Origin: Acidobacteriaceae bacterium | Lineage (GTDB): Bacteria > Acidobacteriota > Terriglobia > Terriglobales > Acidobacteriaceae | Direction: 5' to 3' | DNA: 64,000 bases | Assembly: GCA_003142015.1 (NCBI GenBank) | Contig: PLOI01000133.1 | Coordinates: 10,261 to 74,260, forward strand | Shown here: positions 58,376 through 64,000 of the stretch, one piece after another | How the letters are laid out: the number at the start of each line of letters is the position of its first letter | Numbering within the stretch: the first letter of the stretch is position 1 | The notes under the pieces: generated by a model | The model's input: only the letters and a program-made list of their open reading frames with translations | Told to the model about the DNA's origin: nothing | Database searches by the model: none | Program-made: the position numbers and the translations under genes

Positions 58376-59446
58376 ATGACGACCGCACATATCAATCGCA
58401 TTGCGACGGCCGTTCCTCAACACGATGTCCACCAGGCATTCATCGATTTTGCGACGAACTTGCTCCCCGAGGGCACGTCCCGCCGCCTCTTTGGCCGCAT
58501 GGCGCGCTTGTCGGCGATAGGGCACCGCTACTCGTTCGTCAACCCCATAACCAATGAAGACGGCTCATGGAAAGATGAGGAGCAAATCTATGTGCCGGAC
58601 AACTTCCCCACGACCGCGCGCCGCATGGAGCTATTCGAGCGCTTCGCCCCGCAGTTGGCTCACACCGCTCTTGACAAGCTCTCGCTGACTGTATCGGAAC
58701 GGCAAGCCATCACGCACGTAATCGTCACCTCCTGCACCGGGCTTTACGCGCCGGGGTTGGACTTCGAGGTAGTCAACCATCTTGGGCTTTCGCCGTCCGT
58801 CGAGCGAACCATGATTGGCTTCATGGGCTGCTACGCCGCCATCAACGCCCTCAAGTCCGCGCATCATATTATTCGCTCGGAACCCGATGCGACGGTGCTC
58901 GTGTTGAACCTGGAACTCTGCTCGCTGCACTTTCAGGAGACCCATGAGTTGGAGCAAGTGCTCTCATTTCTGGTCTTTGCCGACGGCTGCGCTGCCTCTC
59001 TGGTGAGCGCGCAGCCAAAGGGACTCGCCATTGATAGCTTTCTGGCGCTTACCATCCTCCAGACAAGCCATCTGATTACATGGCGCATTGGCAAGCTTGG
59101 ATTCGACATGTATCTCTCCGGCGAGGTTCCAGGAGAAATCGGCCGCGCCCTCAAGGAATCTGGCCGTCAGATCACGCGAGGAAAGGAACCGTCATCGATC
59201 GGCCTTTGGGCGGTGCATCCGGGAGGCCGCTCGATTCTCGACTCTGTAGAGAAAGGTCTCGGCCTGCCCTCCGATGCGCTCTCTTACTCACGCGATATTC
59301 TGGCGCGATGCGGCAATATGTCCTCTGCAACCGTGATGTTCGTGTTGCAGCAGGTGATGGAACGCGCGCAGGCGGAGCAACACGGTTGCGCCATGTCCTT
59401 CGGGCCGGGACTCACTGCGGAGACGATGCTCTTTCATGCCGTATAA
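58376..59446 (+). CDS. Type III polyketide synthase
   Basis: Catalytic triad in GFMGCYA, VHPGG, GNMSS; SFGPGLT. Confidence 0.94.
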   Translation: MTTAHINRIATAVPQHDVHQAFIDFATNLLPEGTSRRLFGRMARLSAIGHRYSFVNPITNEDGSWKDEEQIYVPDNFPTTARRMELFERFAPQLAHTALDKLSLTVSERQAITHVIVTSCTGLYAPGLDFEVVNHLGLSPSVERTMIGFMGCYAAINALKSAHHIIRSEPDATVLVLNLELCSLHFQETHELEQVLSFLVFADGCAASLVSAQPKGLAIDSFLALTILQTSHLITWRIGKLGFDMYLSGEVPGEIGRALKESGRQITRGKEPSSIGLWAVHPGGRSILDSVEKGLGLPSDALSYSRDILARCGNMSSATVMFVLQQVMERAQAEQHGCAMSFGPGLTAETMLFHAV

Positions 59447-60182
59447 CGCACCAGATTTCCGCCACCGCGCCCAGCTCACCGAAATGATGGATGAGCCTTG
59501 CAGCCGCGAGCAGTTGCGCGCCTGCCTTCGCGACCTCGCCCTGACAAACCGCCTGACCATGGCTTATCGTCCTCTGTTGCGCTGGCTTGATACGCTCAAA
59601 ATCACGCAGCCGCGCCTCGCAGACCCGCTTCATATTCTCGACGTCGGCTGCGGTTATGGTGACTCGCTGCGCCGCATCGAGCGATGGGCAAAGCGCCGCG
59701 GCATCGCCGTCGGATTGACTGGTATCGACCTCAACCCGGACGCCACAGTCATTGCCGCCGATGCAAGCCCTGCCGAAAGCGCAATCCAATGGGTCAGCGC
59801 AAATGTCTTCGATTACACCCCGCGGCAACCCATTGATCTCGTCGTCAGTTCGCTCTTCACCCATCATCTTGACGAAGACGACATTGTTCGATTTCTGCGA
59901 TGGATGGAGCGGCACGCGCAGATTGGCTGGTTCATCAACGATCTTTCTCGCGCGCCTTTCCCCTACCATTTCTTCCGCATCTTCTCCAAACTGGCCCGGC
60001 TTCATCCCTTTGTTCAGCACGATGGCCCTGTCTCCATCGCTCGAGCCTTTCGTCCGGCAGAGTGGCGAGACCTGTGCGCTGCCGCCGGCCTCGGCCTTCA
60101 GGACGTGCAGATCCAAAGCTTCAAACCCGCGCGTCTGTGCGTCGCCCGGCGAAAACCGCAGGCAAAAGAGGAGCCACAATGA
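59436..60182 (+). CDS. SAM-dependent methyltransferase
   Basis: EMMDE, LDVGCGYGD, SLFTHHL, HDGPVSIARAF; overlaps the PKS gene. Confidence 0.9.
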   Translation: MPYNAPDFRHRAQLTEMMDEPCSREQLRACLRDLALTNRLTMAYRPLLRWLDTLKITQPRLADPLHILDVGCGYGDSLRRIERWAKRRGIAVGLTGIDLNPDATVIAADASPAESAIQWVSANVFDYTPRQPIDLVVSSLFTHHLDEDDIVRFLRWMERHAQIGWFINDLSRAPFPYHFFRIFSKLARLHPFVQHDGPVSIARAFRPAEWRDLCAAAGLGLQDVQIQSFKPARLCVARRKPQAKEEPQ

Positions 60183-61351
60183 CCGCCCCGCGCCAGGTTG
60201 ATAATCTCGTCATCGGGGGCGGTCTCGCGGGCTCCATGCTTGCCATTCGCCTTGCCGCCGCCGGCCGCCGCGTCACGCTTCTTGAAAAAGAGCGCACCGC
60301 GCATCACAAAGTCTGCGGAGAGTTTCTCAGTCCTGAAGCCGTGGAGTATCTCCATCAGGCCGGAGTTGAGCCGCTCACTCTCGGCGCTGCGACGGTCCGC
60401 CATCTGCGCCTCTCGTCAAAACAGCGCGTCGTAGAAGCAGAGCTGCCATTCACGGCGCTTTCGCTTTCCCGCTACGTTCTCGACGAGTTCATGCTTTCGC
60501 GCGCCACCGCGAGCGGCTGCAATGTGGAGCGCGGCGCCTTTGTTGAAGCGCTTACAACCCAAGGCCAGACGGCGATTGCCGAGCTTCGCGGCGGCAGCTC
60601 CGTGTGCGCTCACACCGCGTTTCTCGCCAACGGCAAACATGATCTCCGCGGATGGGATCGCTCCCCCGCCAAACAAGCCGATCTAATCGGATTCAAGATG
60701 CACTGGCAACTGTCGCCAGCCCAAACCAGCGCGCTGAGGGACTTCATAGAGATTTTTCTTTTTCCCGGAGGATACGGAGGACTCTCGCTCGTCGAACGGG
60801 AAGTGGCCAATCTATGTTTGGTCGTCCGCCGCGCTTCGCTGCCCAGAGGATCGGGATGGGCCACGCTCCTTGCAGCCATCCTCGACGAGAATCGCCACCT
60901 GCGCCGTCTTCTGCAAGACGCGAGGCCATTATGGCAGCGGCCATTGGCCATCTCTCCAATTCCTTATGGCTATCATGCGGCACGGCCCGGCAGCTTATGG
61001 TGTATCGGCGATCAGGCAGCGGTCATCCCCTCATTCACCGGAGACGGCATGTCGATCGCCCTTCACAGTGCATCTCTTGCAGCACAGATGTACCTGGACG
61101 GCGAAAGCGCGGCCCACTATCACCGTACCCTCCGCGCACAACTAAGCCGCGGAATGTCTCTTGCCACGCTGCTCTCCCGTGCAATGGTGACCCGTCCCGG
61201 CAACAATCTGATGCCCTTAGCCCTCTCCGCCTTCCCAAATGCCATGCGATGGATCGCCGCCTCCACCCGCATTCCAGAGCAAGCGCTACTTACGCTTCCG
61301 GTAGTATTGCCCACGATCCCGGCGTCCGGCTTATCTACACGGGCATTCTGA
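60179..61351 (+). CDS. FAD-dependent oxidoreductase (geranylgeranyl reductase / monooxygenase-like)
   Basis: IGGGLAG, HKVCGEFLS, GDQAAVIPSFTGDGM; ATGA overlap gives start 60179. Confidence 0.88.
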   Translation: MTAPRQVDNLVIGGGLAGSMLAIRLAAAGRRVTLLEKERTAHHKVCGEFLSPEAVEYLHQAGVEPLTLGAATVRHLRLSSKQRVVEAELPFTALSLSRYVLDEFMLSRATASGCNVERGAFVEALTTQGQTAIAELRGGSSVCAHTAFLANGKHDLRGWDRSPAKQADLIGFKMHWQLSPAQTSALRDFIEIFLFPGGYGGLSLVEREVANLCLVVRRASLPRGSGWATLLAAILDENRHLRRLLQDARPLWQRPLAISPIPYGYHAARPGSLWCIGDQAAVIPSFTGDGMSIALHSASLAAQMYLDGESAAHYHRTLRAQLSRGMSLATLLSRAMVTRPGNNLMPLALSAFPNAMRWIAASTRIPEQALLTLPVVLPTIPASGLSTRAF

Positions 61352-61433
61352 AAGACCGTTTGCAGACAGCTTCGGCCGGGTACGCTCACGCGCATCCGGC
61401 CGAAGCCAGGCAGGGAAGCCGCCACATCTCTTA

Positions 61434-63857
<2,424 letters not shown>

Positions 63858-63878
63858 TTAAGCTATACCCTTTGTAGC

Positions 63879-63925
63879 GATAAGAAACATCAATTGTTTC
63901 TACGATGACGATTTGTTTGGTCTAT
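63879..63925. promoter_or_regulatory. Probable OxyR/LysR binding region
   Basis: ATAA-N7-CAAT (T-N11-A) and a distal CTAT between divergent katG and the LysR gene. Confidence 0.5.
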
Positions 63926-63955
63926 GATGTTCTCAGGCGGCATCTGGGACGGACA

Positions 63956-64000
63956 ATGAATCTTCAGGAACTTCGCTATTTTGTTGCTGTCGCTGAACTC
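63956..64000 (+). CDS. oxyR: LysR-family regulator, probably OxyR (5' end only)
   Basis: MNLQELRYFVAVAEL LysR HTH start, divergent from katG. Confidence 0.72.
   Translation, partial: MNLQELRYFVAVAEL

Noticed and set aside
59900-60178. N-terminal extension of the FAD oxidoreductase
   Set aside because: Overlaps the methyltransferase; the ATGA coupling at 60179 and the position of the GxGxxG motif fix the start.

Overview
Chromosomal window, most likely from a subdivision-1 Acidobacterium (Terracidiphilus-like; inferred from gene content and repeat types, not proven). 1-23.4 kb is a visibly less GC-rich stress/envelope gene block: RND pump tail, P-type H+-ATPase with USP, MlaE/F/D-type ABC system, PMM-like HAD, two GH130s, a fused GT4, OmpA, NRAMP, CsbD, an orphan response regulator, a Crp/Fnr regulator, SYLF and several tiny membrane proteins. 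The rest is mainly core: tRNA-Val/Leu/Ser, two ECF sigma/anti-sigma pairs, a second Crp/Fnr paralog, efp, a HEPN two-gene insert, a serine operon whose serA carries an N-terminal XRE-type HTH, mmsA beside an IS66 remnant, a Propionibacterium-type transcarboxylase plus methylmalonyl-CoA mutase operon, Slt, two cyclophilins, RecQ, a type III PKS trio, katG and the start of a divergent oxyR-like gene. Top leads: (i) a recurrent TGTNC-N6-GNACA motif that may define a regulon of the atypical Crp paralogs linking stress genes to the transcarboxylase operon, (ii) the HTH-SerA fusion with a retained internal start, (iii) a HEPN gene paired with a non-MNT partner, (iv) a GT4/GH130/PMM mannoside module, (v) a co-oriented REP-like hairpin family. 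All calls come from reading motifs by eye; no database searches were run.
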